The position numbers and the translations under genes were made by a program. This document shows, piece after piece, positions 1 through 11,238 of a DNA stretch of 64,000 nucleotides. Within the stretch, counting starts at the first letter, position 1, and each line of letters opens with the position of its first letter. Source of the stretch: Alphaproteobacteria bacterium (GTDB lineage Bacteria > Pseudomonadota > Alphaproteobacteria > Bin95). The notes under the pieces are model-generated. The model was not told the DNA's origin and ran no database searches. It saw only the letters and a list, made by a program, of their open reading frames with translations. The DNA is taken from positions 928,001 through 992,000 of the forward strand of contig OZ219786.1 in NCBI GenBank assembly GCA_964291285.2, given 5' to 3'.

Positions 1-21
1 CCGCCCAGGGAGTTTCGCGCC

Positions 22-1677
22 ATGATCCGCGCTTTCGCCGTTGCGGTCCTGTTGTCCTTCGCCGCCGCGCTGCCCGCCGGGGCGAAGGACCGGCTGGTCA
101 TCGGCATGACCCAGTTCCCCTCGACCCTGCATCCGCTGATCGATTCGATGCTGGCGAAGAGCTATGCGCTCGCGATGGGCATGCGTCCTTTCACCGCCTA
201 CGACCCGGAGTGGCGGCTCGTCTGCATGCTCTGCGTCGAGCTTCCGACCATCGAGAACGGCGGCGCGGTGCGCGAGACGACGTCGGAGGGCAAGGAGGGC
301 ATCGCAGTCACCTACGCCATCCGCCCCGATGCGCGCTGGGGCGACGGGGCGCCGGTGACGACGAGGGACGTGGCCTTCGCCGTCGAAGTCGGCAAGCACC
401 CGCAATCGGGCGTCGCCTCGGCGGAACTCTTCCGGCGCATCCTGGAACTGGAAATCCATGACGACCGCCGGTTCACCCTGCATCTGGACCGGGTGACCTT
501 CGACTACAACGATGTCGGCGTCCTTGTGCTTCCCGCCCATGTCGACCGCGCCAATTTCGACGCGGATCCTGCCGAATACCGGAACCGGACCGCCTTCGAC
601 GCCGACAGCGCCAATCCCGGCCTCTGGTTCGGGCCTTACCGGGTCGTCCGCGTGGAACCGGGCGCCGCCATCGAGCTGAAGCGCAACCCGACCTGGTGGG
701 GCAAGCCGGCGGCCTTCGAGACGGTCATCATCCGCATCGTCGAGAACACGGCGGCGCTCGAGGTCAATCTTCGCTCCGGCGCCATAGACTACATCGCCGG
801 GGAACTCGGCCTCAGCCTGGACCAGGCGGCCGCGATGGAGCAGCGCGAGGGCGACGCCTGGGACTTCTCCTACAAGGCGGGGCTGATCTACGAACATATC
901 GACCTCAATCTCGACAATCCGGCGCTGGCCGATGTCCGGGTCAGGCGCGCGCTGCTGCACGCCATCGACCGGGAGACGATTTCGAAGCGCCTCTTTTTCG
1001 GCCGGCAGCCGGTGGCGCACGGGCCGGTCAGCCCGCTCGACTGGGTCTATGACCCGGACCTGCGCGAGACGCCGTTCGACCCGGACGCGGCGCGGAGGCT
1101 GCTGGACGAGGCGGGGTGGACCGGTGATGCGCCGGGCGCGCCCCGCCGCAACGCCGCCGGAGAGCCGCTCCGGCTCGAACTCGGCACCACCGCCGGCAAC
1201 CGCTCGCGCGAACTCGTGCAGCAGGTGCTGCAGGCGGCGTGGAAGGATGTCGGCATCGATGTGCGCATCCGCAACCAGCCGGCGCGGGTGTTCTTCGGCG
1301 AGACGGTCTCGAAGCGGCAATTCCCGGGCCTCGCCATGTATGCCTGGCTCTCGTCGCCGGAGAGCGTGCCGCGCTCGACGCTGCACTCCACCATGATCCC
1401 GACGGCGGAGAACAACTGGTCCGGACAGAACTACACCGGCTACCGGAACCCGGATATGGACAGGCTGCTCGACGAAATCGAGGTGGAGCTGGACCGCGGG
1501 AAGCGGCGCGCGCTCTGGGCGGAGCTCCAGGCCGCCTATGCGCGCGACCTGCCGGTGCTGCCGCTCTATTTCCGCGCCACGCCCTATGTCTTTCCGAAGT
1601 GGCTGAAGGGCGTGACGCCGACGGGGCACCAGTATCCGACCACGCTCTGGATCGAGGAGTGGCGCGCGGAGGAATGA
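22..1677 (+). CDS. Peptide/nickel ABC transporter substrate-binding protein (family 5, DppA/OppA-like)
   Basis: 551 aa with signal peptide; family-5 motifs (RWGDGAPVTTRDV, VRRALLHAIDR, LPVLPLY); followed by two permeases. Confidence 0.92.
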   Translation: MIRAFAVAVLLSFAAALPAGAKDRLVIGMTQFPSTLHPLIDSMLAKSYALAMGMRPFTAYDPEWRLVCMLCVELPTIENGGAVRETTSEGKEGIAVTYAIRPDARWGDGAPVTTRDVAFAVEVGKHPQSGVASAELFRRILELEIHDDRRFTLHLDRVTFDYNDVGVLVLPAHVDRANFDADPAEYRNRTAFDADSANPGLWFGPYRVVRVEPGAAIELKRNPTWWGKPAAFETVIIRIVENTAALEVNLRSGAIDYIAGELGLSLDQAAAMEQREGDAWDFSYKAGLIYEHIDLNLDNPALADVRVRRALLHAIDRETISKRLFFGRQPVAHGPVSPLDWVYDPDLRETPFDPDAARRLLDEAGWTGDAPGAPRRNAAGEPLRLELGTTAGNRSRELVQQVLQAAWKDVGIDVRIRNQPARVFFGETVSKRQFPGLAMYAWLSSPESVPRSTLHSTMIPTAENNWSGQNYTGYRNPDMDRLLDEIEVELDRGKRRALWAELQAAYARDLPVLPLYFRATPYVFPKWLKGVTPTGHQYPTTLWIEEWRAEE

Positions 1678-2636
1678 GCCGTTTTCTCGCCGGCCGCCTG
1701 TTGCAGGCGGCCATCGTTCTGGCCGTCATGTCCTTCATCGTCTATGGGCTGATCGGCCTGATGCCGGGCGACCCGATCGACGCCATGATCGCGGCCGACC
1801 CGGAATTGACCTCGGAGGACACCGAACGGCTGAAGGCGCTTTACGGCCTCGACCGCCCGGTCTGGGAGCGCTACCTCGCCTGGGCAGGCCAGGCGCTTGG
1901 CGGCGATTTCGGCCACAGCCGCATCTACCACCGCCCGGCGCTCGACCTGCTGGCGGAGCGGCTGCCGCACACCGCGCTGCTGATGGGGCTCGCCTTCGCA
2001 CTCTCGGTCGCGATTGCGCTGCCGACCGGCATTTTCGCCGCGCTCAAGGCTAACCGCTTCGCTGACTACGCCGTCAACTTCCTCTGCTTCGCGGGCATTT
2101 CCACGCCGCCCTTCTGGCTTGCGATCATGGCGATGCTGCTCTTCTCGGTCACGCTCGGCTGGCTGCCGGCGACAGGCTATCCCGCGGCGGGCGACGCGGG
2201 CTGGCTGGAGCGGCTGCGCCATCTGGTGCTGCCGGTCGCGGTTCTGGGGCTGCTCTCGGCCGGCGGCATCACGCGCTATGTCCGCGCCTCCATGCGCGAG
2301 GCGCTGCGCCAGGACTATGTGCGCACCGCGCGCGCCAAGGGCCTCTCGCGCGCCGCCGTCCTGCGCCGCCACGTGCTGCGCAACGCGATGATCCCGGTGG
2401 TGACGATCCTCGCTCTCGACATGGGCGCGCTCTTCTCCGGCGCGCTCATCACCGAGATCATGTTCGGTTATCCCGGCATGGGCGCGCTCATCTACAACGC
2501 CGTGATGGCGAACGATTACAACCTCGCGCTCGTCGGCCTCCTGTTCGCGACCTTCACGACGCTCGCCGCGAATATCGCCGCGGACGGCGCCTATGTGGCG
2601 CTCGATCCGCGCATCGCGTTCCGGGCCGGGGCATGA
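1674..2636 (+). CDS. Peptide ABC transporter permease (DppB/OppB-like)
   Basis: ATG overlaps the upstream TGA (ATGA); MPGDP, EAA loop YVRTARAKGL, LDPRI end. Confidence 0.92.
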   Translation: MSRFLAGRLLQAAIVLAVMSFIVYGLIGLMPGDPIDAMIAADPELTSEDTERLKALYGLDRPVWERYLAWAGQALGGDFGHSRIYHRPALDLLAERLPHTALLMGLAFALSVAIALPTGIFAALKANRFADYAVNFLCFAGISTPPFWLAIMAMLLFSVTLGWLPATGYPAAGDAGWLERLRHLVLPVAVLGLLSAGGITRYVRASMREALRQDYVRTARAKGLSRAAVLRRHVLRNAMIPVVTILALDMGALFSGALITEIMFGYPGMGALIYNAVMANDYNLALVGLLFATFTTLAANIAADGAYVALDPRIAFRAGA

Positions 2637-3505
2637 GCCCGGCCGCGCTTGCATGGCTGCGCTTCCGCCGCCACAGGGCGGGCCTCGCCGGCGCGGTCTT
2701 CCTGCTGCTGCTGGCCGCCGCCGCCTGGTCCGCGCCGCTCATCGAGGCGGCGCTCGGCATCGACGCCGAGTCGGTGGACCTGTTCTCCCGCTATGCGCCG
2801 CCGTCGGCGGCGCACCCGCTGGGGGCCGACGATCTCGGGCGGGACCTGCTGGCGCGGCTGCTCCGGGGCGGGCAGGTCTCGCTCTCGGTCGGTCTTGCCG
2901 CCGCCTTCATCGCCGCGCTCATCGGCACCGGCCTCGGCCTGCTGGCCGGCTATCGCGGCGGCGCGTTCGACACCGCGCTCATGCGGCTGACGGACGGCGT
3001 GATCGCACTGCCGCTCCTGCCGCTGCTGATCGTGCTGGCGGCTATCGATCCCGCAAAGCTCGGCCTCGACGACGGCACGGACGCCAGCCTCTTCCGCGTC
3101 ATCGCCATCGTGGCGCTGGTCGGCTGGACGACGGTAGCCCGGCTGGTGCGCGCCGCCGCGCTCGCCGCCCGCGCCCAAGACTATGTGCGGGCGGCGCGGG
3201 CCCTGGGCGCCGGGAGCGGGCGCATCGCGCTCCGGCATATCCTCCCCAATGTCGCCTCGCCGATCCTGGTGGCGACGACGCTCTCGGTTGGGAACATCAT
3301 CCTGTTCGAAAGCGTCCTCTCCTTTCTCGGGCTCGGCATCCAGCCGCCGGCCGCAAGCTGGGGCAACATGCTCGCCCACGCCCAGGAGACGATCTGGCAG
3401 GCCCCGCGCCTCGCCGTCTGGCCGGGCCTGCTGATCTTCGCGACGGTGATCGCCTTCAACTTCCTCGGCGACGCCCTCCAGGACGCGCTCGACCCGAGGT
3501 CCTGA
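2633..3505 (+). CDS. Peptide ABC transporter permease (DppC/OppC-like)
   Basis: HPLGADDLGRD, YVRAARALG, LSFLGLG, GDALQDALDPR. Confidence 0.92.
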   Translation: MSPAALAWLRFRRHRAGLAGAVFLLLLAAAAWSAPLIEAALGIDAESVDLFSRYAPPSAAHPLGADDLGRDLLARLLRGGQVSLSVGLAAAFIAALIGTGLGLLAGYRGGAFDTALMRLTDGVIALPLLPLLIVLAAIDPAKLGLDDGTDASLFRVIAIVALVGWTTVARLVRAAALAARAQDYVRAARALGAGSGRIALRHILPNVASPILVATTLSVGNIILFESVLSFLGLGIQPPAASWGNMLAHAQETIWQAPRLAVWPGLLIFATVIAFNFLGDALQDALDPRS

Positions 3506-3512
3506 GGCGCGG

Positions 3513-4595
<1,083 letters not shown>

Positions 4596-4665
4596 ATGTT
4601 CGCTCCCCGCTCGCCCGGAGGCCGTTTTTTGCCCCCGCTCCATTCACTGGCCAATTGCATAGAGG

Positions 4666-4680
4666 GAATATTTCAGGAAC
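4666..4680 (-). promoter_or_regulatory. LexA (SOS) box upstream of recA
   Basis: Minus strand GTTC-ctgaaat-ATTC, one mismatch to the alphaproteobacterial GTTC-N7-GTTC box, in an AT-rich promoter-like segment ~70 bp before recA. Confidence 0.75.
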
Positions 4681-4717
4681 ACAAGAGAAAATTTCGTGAT
4701 CCTGCAATTCCGGCCGT

Positions 4718-5260
4718 TCAGGCTCCGAACCAGATCGTGGCGCGGGCGATGACGAGGCGAAGCGCAAGGTCGAGCAGTACGATGGCAACGGCGGGGAAAT
4801 GCTTGATCCCGAGGCCGTGGCGGGCGAGGCGCCACTTGAACAGCAGGATCCAGAACCAGGCCGCCATGAACAGCATGGCCGAGATGGGCTCCGGCAGGAA
4901 GCCTGCGGCATTCACCAGCACGACAAGGGTGAAGACCGCGCTTTGCAGCAGGTTCGCCCAGTTGGTGGCGATGATGAACCGCCAGTAGTGCGGGAAGGCC
5001 AGCATGCGCTCGGCTACAAAGACCATGATGAGCGGGAAGGCGGTCCAGGTACAGATGTAGCCGACGATGTCCGCCGCGATGAGCTTGCCCGTCATCTCGA
5101 AACCGTGCGGCACCATGGCCAGCATCAGCAGGGACAGCGGAAATGCCACAACGGCCGCGCGGAACGAGCGCCAGAAATCGCCGAGCGCCGAAACCGGCCC
5201 CGTGTTCCCGCCCGCCAGCGCCAGTGCGGCGGCGCAGCCCGTCCGAATTTCCCCGAGCAT
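4718..5260 (-). CDS. Hypothetical integral membrane protein
   Basis: 180 aa with about five hydrophobic segments. Confidence 0.7.
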   Translation of the reverse strand: MLGEIRTGCAAALALAGGNTGPVSALGDFWRSFRAAVVAFPLSLLMLAMVPHGFEMTGKLIAADIVGYICTWTAFPLIMVFVAERMLAFPHYWRFIIATNWANLLQSAVFTLVVLVNAAGFLPEPISAMLFMAAWFWILLFKWRLARHGLGIKHFPAVAIVLLDLALRLVIARATIWFGA

Positions 5261-5359
5261 CCGAAACGCTCTCCCGAGCGGTGTGCCGACTAAAACCTAT
5301 TATGGACATTGATGCCGCATCGATACATCACCCTTAGGTCATCCTGCGGCAGAGGCGCC

Positions 5360-5496
5360 ATAACGGAGGATGACGGCAGGAAAAAGCCGCGCTCGGTGAC
5401 GGCCACCGACAGCGACTGGCGCCTGATCCGCACGCGCGCGCAAAACCCGGCAGGTCGGTCCCGGACCTCACTCGTCGAACGCGGGCTCGCCGCCCT
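5360..5496 (+). pseudogene. Remnant of a small ribbon-helix-helix/MobC-like DNA-binding protein
   Basis: ITEDDGRKKPRSVTATDSDWRLIRTRA...LVERGLA; ATA where an ATG would be expected; runs into unrelated sequence. Confidence 0.35.
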
Positions 5497-5590
5497 CCAC
5501 TACGAGCGCGAGGACTTCGACGGAGGGTGGCGTGGAGTTCGTCAAGAGTTTCGCCCTGCGTGGCGGGCACCGGCCAGACTGGAGATGTGG

Positions 5591-5659
5591 CCGGTCGGCT
5601 ATCTGGGCCGGCGCGGCTACCAGGTGGTGCGCACCCGCGACGGCCGCCGCGCGGCCTGA
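5591..5659 (+). pseudogene. narI: C-terminal fragment of respiratory nitrate reductase gamma subunit
   Basis: PVGYLGRRGYQVVRTR-x6-stop resembles the conserved NarI C-terminus; the rest of the gene is absent. Confidence 0.6.
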
Positions 5660-5665
5660 CCGCCC

Positions 5666-5858
5666 ATGGCCGAGATCCGCGTCAACGACCGCTGCATCGA
5701 CGAAGACGCCGTCCTGCGCGAGATGCAGTACCACCCGGCGGAGAACGCCGGCGCGGCGCGCGGCGGCCGAATGGCTGGTGATCCGGGCGCTGCTTCTGGC
5801 CCGCGCCGAGGCCATCGGCATAGACATGGCTGCCGCAACGACGCCGCTGGTGCAGTAA
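5666..5858 (+). pseudogene. Frameshifted N-terminal fragment of the nar-associated PpiC/NifM-type peptidylprolyl isomerase
   Basis: MAEIRVNDRCIDEDAVLREMQYHPAE, then after a frameshift near 5760 AAAEWLVIRALLLARAEAIG; lies directly after the narI tail as in nar operons. Confidence 0.6.
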
Positions 5859-6010
5859 GTCCGGGTTCTACGGCTACGGCATGCACACATCTCCCGCACC
5901 TTGCGGGGCCGACTGTCCGACATAGCGTCTTTTTTCTCCCGAAAACCTGCAATCGCGGAACGGGCCGAAACTCCCGGCTCCCCGGCCGCAACCGGAACCG
6001 GAAGAAGGAC

Positions 6011-6070
6011 ATGCCCGGGATTGCCCTGACTGCGGCCCGCATCGAGGCGCTCAGGCCCCGCAAGGCGGTG
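6011..6070 (+). pseudogene. N-terminal fragment of a phage-type tyrosine integrase (arm-binding domain)
   Basis: GAAGGAC-ATG then MPGIALTAARIEALRPRKA, typical of integrase N-termini; resemblance ends after ~19 codons. Confidence 0.45.
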
Positions 6071-6123
6071 GCGGGGAATCGTGCTTCAGGGCCGATACCG
6101 GGATGCACAATGCAGGACTCATG

Positions 6124-6168
6124 CTGTTACGCCCCCTCCCGCTCGGCGGAGGGCCCCCGGCGTAACAG
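6124..6168. repeat. REP-like hairpin
   Basis: CTGTTACGCC...GGCGTAACAG perfect 10-bp arms with an inner CCCTCC/GGAGGG stem. Confidence 0.6.
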
Positions 6169-6249
6169 GCCTTTGCCGGGCTTCCCCCGCCGCCGCGCTG
6201 GATGCGGCATCCGTTCAGGTTGAAACGGCTTCGCCCGTGAAGCCTCAAT

Positions 6250-6352
6250 CGTCACCCCGGACGGCGCGTCAGCAACGATCCGGGGTCCATCTCCCGGCCT
6301 TTCCGCCAGATCGAAACGGTTGTGGATGGGGCCCGGACGGTCCCGGGCGTCG
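6250..6352 (+). repeat. REP/BIME-like palindromic element, family 1 copy 1
   Basis: CGTCACCCCGG...CCGGGGTCCAT...GATGGGGCCCGG; related copy at 44541-44646. Confidence 0.7.
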
Positions 6353-6357
6353 GGCGG

Positions 6358-8715
6358 TCACCGGTCGCCCGGATCGGGCATGCGGTATCCGACGCCGCGC
6401 TCGTTGAAGATCCAGGCCGGGTGCTGGGCGTCCTCGCCGAGCTTGCGGCGCAGGTTGCGCACGAAGATGCGGACCAGGTTCGGGCCGGCATGCTCCCGCC
6501 CGGCCCAGACCTGGCGGAGCAGCATGTCGTAAGGGACTACCCGTCCGGCATTGAGCGAGAGTACCCGCAGGAGCGCATACTCGGTCGCGGTGAGGTCCGC
6601 CGCGCGCCCTGCCACCGTGACGCGGCGGCTCTCGTAGTCGACCGCGAGGTCGCCCAGCACGAACGGGGCCGGGCGCTCGCGCTTTCTCAGCGCCGCCCGC
6701 ACCCGCGCGGTGAGCTCGGTCGGCGAGAAGGGCTTGACGATGTAGTCCGCGGCGCCGGCGTCGAGCGCCCGCGCGACGGTCTCGTCGCGGCCATAGACGG
6801 AGATGAAGATGACCGGCAGGTCGGAGAGCTCGGGGATCCGGGTCATCAGTTCGACGCCGTCGGCGCCGGGCAGCGCCAGGTCGAGCAGGACGAGCGCCGG
6901 CTTCTCCGCGCGGATGATGCGTGCGAGCTCGTGATGGTCACCCGTAACCAGGGGCGCGTAGCCCTTGGCCGAAAGCGCGTCGCGCACGAAGCGCAGCGTG
7001 CGCGGGTCGTCGTCGACCACGAGGATGCGGACGGGCTCGGCGGCGTCGCGGGGCGGGCGCGACGGTCCCGGGGCGGCACCGGGCGCCTCGCCGCCGGTGT
7101 CCTCGGCCATCGGCACGGTGAAGACGATGGTCGTGCCCTGGCCGGGGCCGGCGCTCTCGGCCCGGATGCGTCCGCCATGCGCCTCCACCAGCCCCTTGCA
7201 GATCGCGAGGCCTAGGCTGTGGCCCGGCGTCTTGCCCTCCGGTCCGCCGCCTTCGGGGGCGATGTGCTTGCGGAACAGATGCGCCAGCCGCTCCGGCGCC
7301 AGGCCCCGGCCCTCGTCGGAGACCGAGATCGCGACATGGGCGCCCTCCTGCACCGCCGAGAGCCGGATGGCGGACGATTCCGGAGCGTTCCGCGCAGCGT
7401 TGGAGAGCAGGTTGTTCAGCACCTGCACGATGCGCCGCCGGTCGGCCATCGCCCGTGGAAGGCCCGGCGGAAGGTCGATGACGACACCGTGCCGCGCGCC
7501 GCCGCTCAGAAACGTGTTCCGCGCGCGCTCCATCAGGTCGGCCACCTCCGAGGGCTCGGGCGCGACCGAGAGCGTGCCGGCCTCGATACGCCCGGCATCG
7601 AGCAGGTCGCCGATCAGGCCGCGCATGTGGTCGGCCTGCTCGATGATGAGGCGGTGGAACTCGCGCATCTCGGCCGGGTCGAGCGCCGGCGTCTCCTCCA
7701 TCAGCGTCACCGCCGAGCCCTTGATGGCGGCCAGCGGCTCGCGCAACTCGTGGCTCACCAGGCCCAGGAACTCGGTCCGCATGCGCTCGATCTCGTCCAG
7801 CGGCGCGAGGTCCTGGGCGGTCACCACAACCGAGCCAATGGCGTCCCCTTCGGCGGGGATCGGGGTGGCGTTGACCAGCGCCCTGACGCTGCGCCCGTCC
7901 GGCACCGAGAGCACCATCTCCTCGACGCGCACCGTCTCGCCGCTGGTGAGCTGCTGCGCGATGGGGATCTCGCTCAGGGACACCTCGCTCCCGTCGGCGC
8001 GCCGGAAGGACATCACCTCCAGGAGTTGTTCGAGCGGACGGCCGGGCATGCGCAGTCTCTCCACGATCCGCCGCATCTCGCGGTTCAGAGACGCCGCCCG
8101 GCCGCGCTTCACATCGAAGACCACGACGCCCACCGGCGAGGTCTCGACCAAGGCCTCGAGATCGGCCCGCGCGCGCTGCTCGGCGCGGTGCGCGCGCGCG
8201 TTGGCGATCGTTGCCGCGGCCTGGGAGGCGAACAGCGTCAGCACTTCCTCGTCCCCGGCGGTGAACGCTTCGCCGTCGGCCTTCTCGGCGAGGAAGAAGC
8301 TGCCGGCCTCCAGGCCCCGGTGGCGCATCGGCATGCCCAGGAAGGTCCGGGAGATCGTCCAGGCAGCCTCGATGCCGAGCGCGCGGACATAGCCCGGGAA
8401 GTCGGCCACCCGCACCGGCTCCGGCCGGGTGCGCAGATGCTCGAACAGGCGGGCATTGCCGGGCCAGGCGAGCTGTTCGCGCTCCTCCTTCGGCGTGAGC
8501 CCCGAGAATATCGGCAACTGGGGCACGCCCTCCTCGTCGAGGACGACGATGACGCCGTAGCGGGCGCCGGTCAGCGCGCGGGCACTCTCCAGCGCCTCGT
8601 CGAGCACGGTGTCGAGGTCCAGGGTGGCGTTGATGCGCAGGATAGCCGCGTTCAGGGCGGAGATGGCCCCGCGCAGCGCCTCATTCTCCCGCCTCAGCTC
8701 GTCGGACTGCGTCAC
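6358..8715 (-). CDS. Soluble hybrid sensor kinase/response regulator fusion (GAF-PAS-HisKA-HATPase-REC-OmpR wHTH)
   Basis: H-box VSHELREPL, N-box VLNNLLSNA, DEGRG, LGLAICKGLVEAHGG, receiver ILVVDDD/LLDLALPG/YIVKPF, KdpE-like tail LRRKLGED...GVGYRM; GTG start. Confidence 0.9.
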   Translation of the reverse strand: MTQSDELRRENEALRGAISALNAAILRINATLDLDTVLDEALESARALTGARYGVIVVLDEEGVPQLPIFSGLTPKEEREQLAWPGNARLFEHLRTRPEPVRVADFPGYVRALGIEAAWTISRTFLGMPMRHRGLEAGSFFLAEKADGEAFTAGDEEVLTLFASQAAATIANARAHRAEQRARADLEALVETSPVGVVVFDVKRGRAASLNREMRRIVERLRMPGRPLEQLLEVMSFRRADGSEVSLSEIPIAQQLTSGETVRVEEMVLSVPDGRSVRALVNATPIPAEGDAIGSVVVTAQDLAPLDEIERMRTEFLGLVSHELREPLAAIKGSAVTLMEETPALDPAEMREFHRLIIEQADHMRGLIGDLLDAGRIEAGTLSVAPEPSEVADLMERARNTFLSGGARHGVVIDLPPGLPRAMADRRRIVQVLNNLLSNAARNAPESSAIRLSAVQEGAHVAISVSDEGRGLAPERLAHLFRKHIAPEGGGPEGKTPGHSLGLAICKGLVEAHGGRIRAESAGPGQGTTIVFTVPMAEDTGGEAPGAAPGPSRPPRDAAEPVRILVVDDDPRTLRFVRDALSAKGYAPLVTGDHHELARIIRAEKPALVLLDLALPGADGVELMTRIPELSDLPVIFISVYGRDETVARALDAGAADYIVKPFSPTELTARVRAALRKRERPAPFVLGDLAVDYESRRVTVAGRAADLTATEYALLRVLSLNAGRVVPYDMLLRQVWAGREHAGPNLVRIFVRNLRRKLGEDAQHPAWIFNERGVGYRMPDPGDR

Positions 8716-9082
8716 GGCTTCTCTCTATTCGAATTCTGTATGTCGTGGGCAAAATTAGCACGTGTTTATCGAAACGACATCGTAAATCTGTAATTCCACA
8801 CGAACATTTAATACATGATGTGCTTGGTATCGGCAAAACTGCAACTATGCGGCTCGACGAAGCGGAAGGCTGACGACCGGGGCGTACCGCTCGGGACCCC
8901 GGACCGGCGCGGTTTTTTTGGGCGAGCGACAGCTCTCGAACGCAAAAGCCGGGGATTGCGGTGGTGATACTCCGGTCGGGTCTCATGGGGCGCCAGGCGG
9001 CGGCATCGACGGGCGCGGACCTCGGCCTCGCCGCCGAACGCGCGCTGGCCCTCGACGCCCGCCTGCGCCCGTAGGAGCCGCT

Positions 9083-9125
9083 CCCTTCGATACGCCTCCC
9101 TCCGGTCGGCTACTCAGGATAAGGG
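9083..9125 (+). repeat. REP-like element, family 2 copy 1
   Basis: CCCTTCGATACGCC-N11-GGCTACTCAGGATAAG; inverted related copy at 62987-63027. Confidence 0.7.
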
Positions 9126-9147
9126 CAGGAGAGAAGCACGAGCGGTG

Positions 9148-10281
9148 TCAGGAGAGGAAATAGCCCGCGAGTATCTTCTCGTAAACGCGCGTCAGGTTCT
9201 CGAGATCCTCGATCTCCAGATATTCGTCCACCTTGTGGGCCGTCTCGCTCACAAGGCCGAGCTCGACCACCGGGCAGTAGTCCTTGATGAAGCGCGCATC
9301 CGACGTGCCGCCCGAAGTGGAGAGTTCCGGCGTCCGGCCCGTGACTTCGCGCATTGCCTCCGCCGCAAGGTCCACCAGCGGTCCCGGCGGCGTGAGGAAG
9401 GATTCGCCGCTGACCGAGACCTCCAGCCCGTAGGCGTGGCCCTGCCGGTCCAGCGCTTGGCGCAGCCGTTCTTCCAGCCCGGCGCCCGTATGCAGGTCGT
9501 TGAAGCGGATGTTGAAACGCGCCTCGGCGCGGGCCGGGATCAGGTTCGTGGTCGGGTTGCCGACATCGACGCTGGTGACCTGGAGCGACGACGGCTGGAA
9601 ATGCGCCGTGCCCCGGTCGAGCGGCGTCGAAGCGAGGCCGTGCGTCATTTCGAGCAGCGGATGGACGGGATTGTCGGCAAGGTCGGGATAGGCGGCGTGA
9701 CCCTGCACGCCTTCCACGACAAGGTGCGCATTGAGCGAGCCCCGCCGGCCGATCTTGATCATCTCGCCGAAGTGCGCGGGATTGGTCGGCTCGCCGACGA
9801 CGCAGGCGTCGATGCGCTCGCCGCGCGCCGCCAGCCGCTCCAGCATCGGCCGGGTGCCGTTGACCGCCGGCCCCTCCTCGTCGCCGGTGATGAGCAGCGC
9901 GATGGAGCCGGGAACCGGGCCGAGGCGTGAAACGGCGGTGACGAATGCCGCGATCGCCCCCTTCATGTCCACCGCGCCGCGCCCGGTGAGCCGCCCATCG
10001 GCGACCGTCGCCGAGAAGGGCGGCATGCTCCAGTCGGCGGGATCGCCCACGGGCACCACATCGGTGTGCCCGGCGAAGCAGAACAGCGGCCCCTCGCTGC
10101 CGCGCCGGGCGTAGAGATTGTCCACATCCGGCGTGCCGGGCGCGCTGAACGGCATGCGCTCGCAGGCGAAGCCGAGCGGCCGGAGCGCCGCTTCCAGCAC
10201 ATCCAGCGCACCCTCGTCGGCCGGCGTGACGCTCGGGCAGCGGATGAGGGCGCGGGCGAGGTCGAGGGCGCCCGCGGACAT
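9148..10281 (-). CDS. dapE: Succinyl-diaminopimelate desuccinylase
   Basis: [39 protein letters not shown]; coupled to dapD. Confidence 0.96.
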   Translation of the reverse strand: MSAGALDLARALIRCPSVTPADEGALDVLEAALRPLGFACERMPFSAPGTPDVDNLYARRGSEGPLFCFAGHTDVVPVGDPADWSMPPFSATVADGRLTGRGAVDMKGAIAAFVTAVSRLGPVPGSIALLITGDEEGPAVNGTRPMLERLAARGERIDACVVGEPTNPAHFGEMIKIGRRGSLNAHLVVEGVQGHAAYPDLADNPVHPLLEMTHGLASTPLDRGTAHFQPSSLQVTSVDVGNPTTNLIPARAEARFNIRFNDLHTGAGLEERLRQALDRQGHAYGLEVSVSGESFLTPPGPLVDLAAEAMREVTGRTPELSTSGGTSDARFIKDYCPVVELGLVSETAHKVDEYLEIEDLENLTRVYEKILAGYFLS

Positions 10282-11123
10282 CAGTCGCGCAGCAGGTCGT
10301 TGATCGCCGTCTTGGCGCGGGTCTGCGCGTCCACGGTCTTGACGATGACGGCGCAGGAGAGGTTCGGCCCCGGGCTGCCGTCCGGCAGCGGCCGGCCCGG
10401 CAGGCTTCCAGGCACGACCACCGCATAGGGCGGCACGCGGCCTGTATGCACCTCGCCGGTATCGCGGTTCACGATCTTGGTGGTGGCGGAAATGAAGGTG
10501 CCCATGGCAAGCACCGCGCCTTCGCCGACGATCACGCCTTCCACCACCTCGCTGCGCGCGCCGATGAAGCAGTTGTCCTCGACGATCACCGGCTCGGCCT
10601 GGAGCGGCTCCAGCACGCCGCCGAGCCCGACGCCGCCGGAAATGTGGCAGTCGGCGCCGACCTGCGCGCAGGAGCCGACCGTGGACCAGGTGTCGATCAT
10701 GGTGTTTTCGCCGACCCGGGCGCCGACGTTGACGAAGCAGGGCATCAGCACGGCGCCGGGCGCGACGTAGGCGGAGTGCCGGACCGCGCAGTTGGGCACG
10801 GCGCGGAAGCCGGCCTCGGCGAAGCGCGCCGCGTCCCAGCCTTCGAACTTGGAAGGCACCTTGTCGTACCAGGACGCCCCGTCGGGACCACCGGCGACCG
10901 GGGCGGAATCGACGAGCCGGAAGGAGAGCAGCACCGCCTTCTTGCACCATTGGTTGACATGCCACGCGCCATCCACCTTCTCGGCGACCCGCACCTCGCC
11001 CCGGTCGAGCGCGTCGAGCGCCGCCTCTATGGCCTCGCGCGCCTCGCCCTTCGTGTCCGGCCCGATGGCGGCGCGATCCTCCCAGGCGCGGTCGATTGCG
11101 GCCTGCATGGTCCCGTCGGACAT
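10281..11123 (-). CDS. dapD: Tetrahydrodipicolinate N-succinyltransferase
   Basis: [45 protein letters not shown]. Confidence 0.97.
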   Translation of the reverse strand: MSDGTMQAAIDRAWEDRAAIGPDTKGEAREAIEAALDALDRGEVRVAEKVDGAWHVNQWCKKAVLLSFRLVDSAPVAGGPDGASWYDKVPSKFEGWDAARFAEAGFRAVPNCAVRHSAYVAPGAVLMPCFVNVGARVGENTMIDTWSTVGSCAQVGADCHISGGVGLGGVLEPLQAEPVIVEDNCFIGARSEVVEGVIVGEGAVLAMGTFISATTKIVNRDTGEVHTGRVPPYAVVVPGSLPGRPLPDGSPGPNLSCAVIVKTVDAQTRAKTAINDLLRD

Positions 11124-11238
11124 GGATAGTCCCCTCCCCGGAAAAGGCCCCGGACCATTCCCGAACCGGCCTGTCCTGTCAATGCGCCGGGATCGTGCTC
11201 TATAGTGCGGGAAACGCTGCGGAGACCGGGAGTCCTCC

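Noticed and set aside
5840-6010. tRNA or att site before the integrase stub
   Set aside because: No cloverleaf, T-loop motif or duplicated att sequence found
8821-8970. c-di-GMP or other known riboswitch
   Set aside because: Only a GCAAA-like fragment; the consensus stems could not be built
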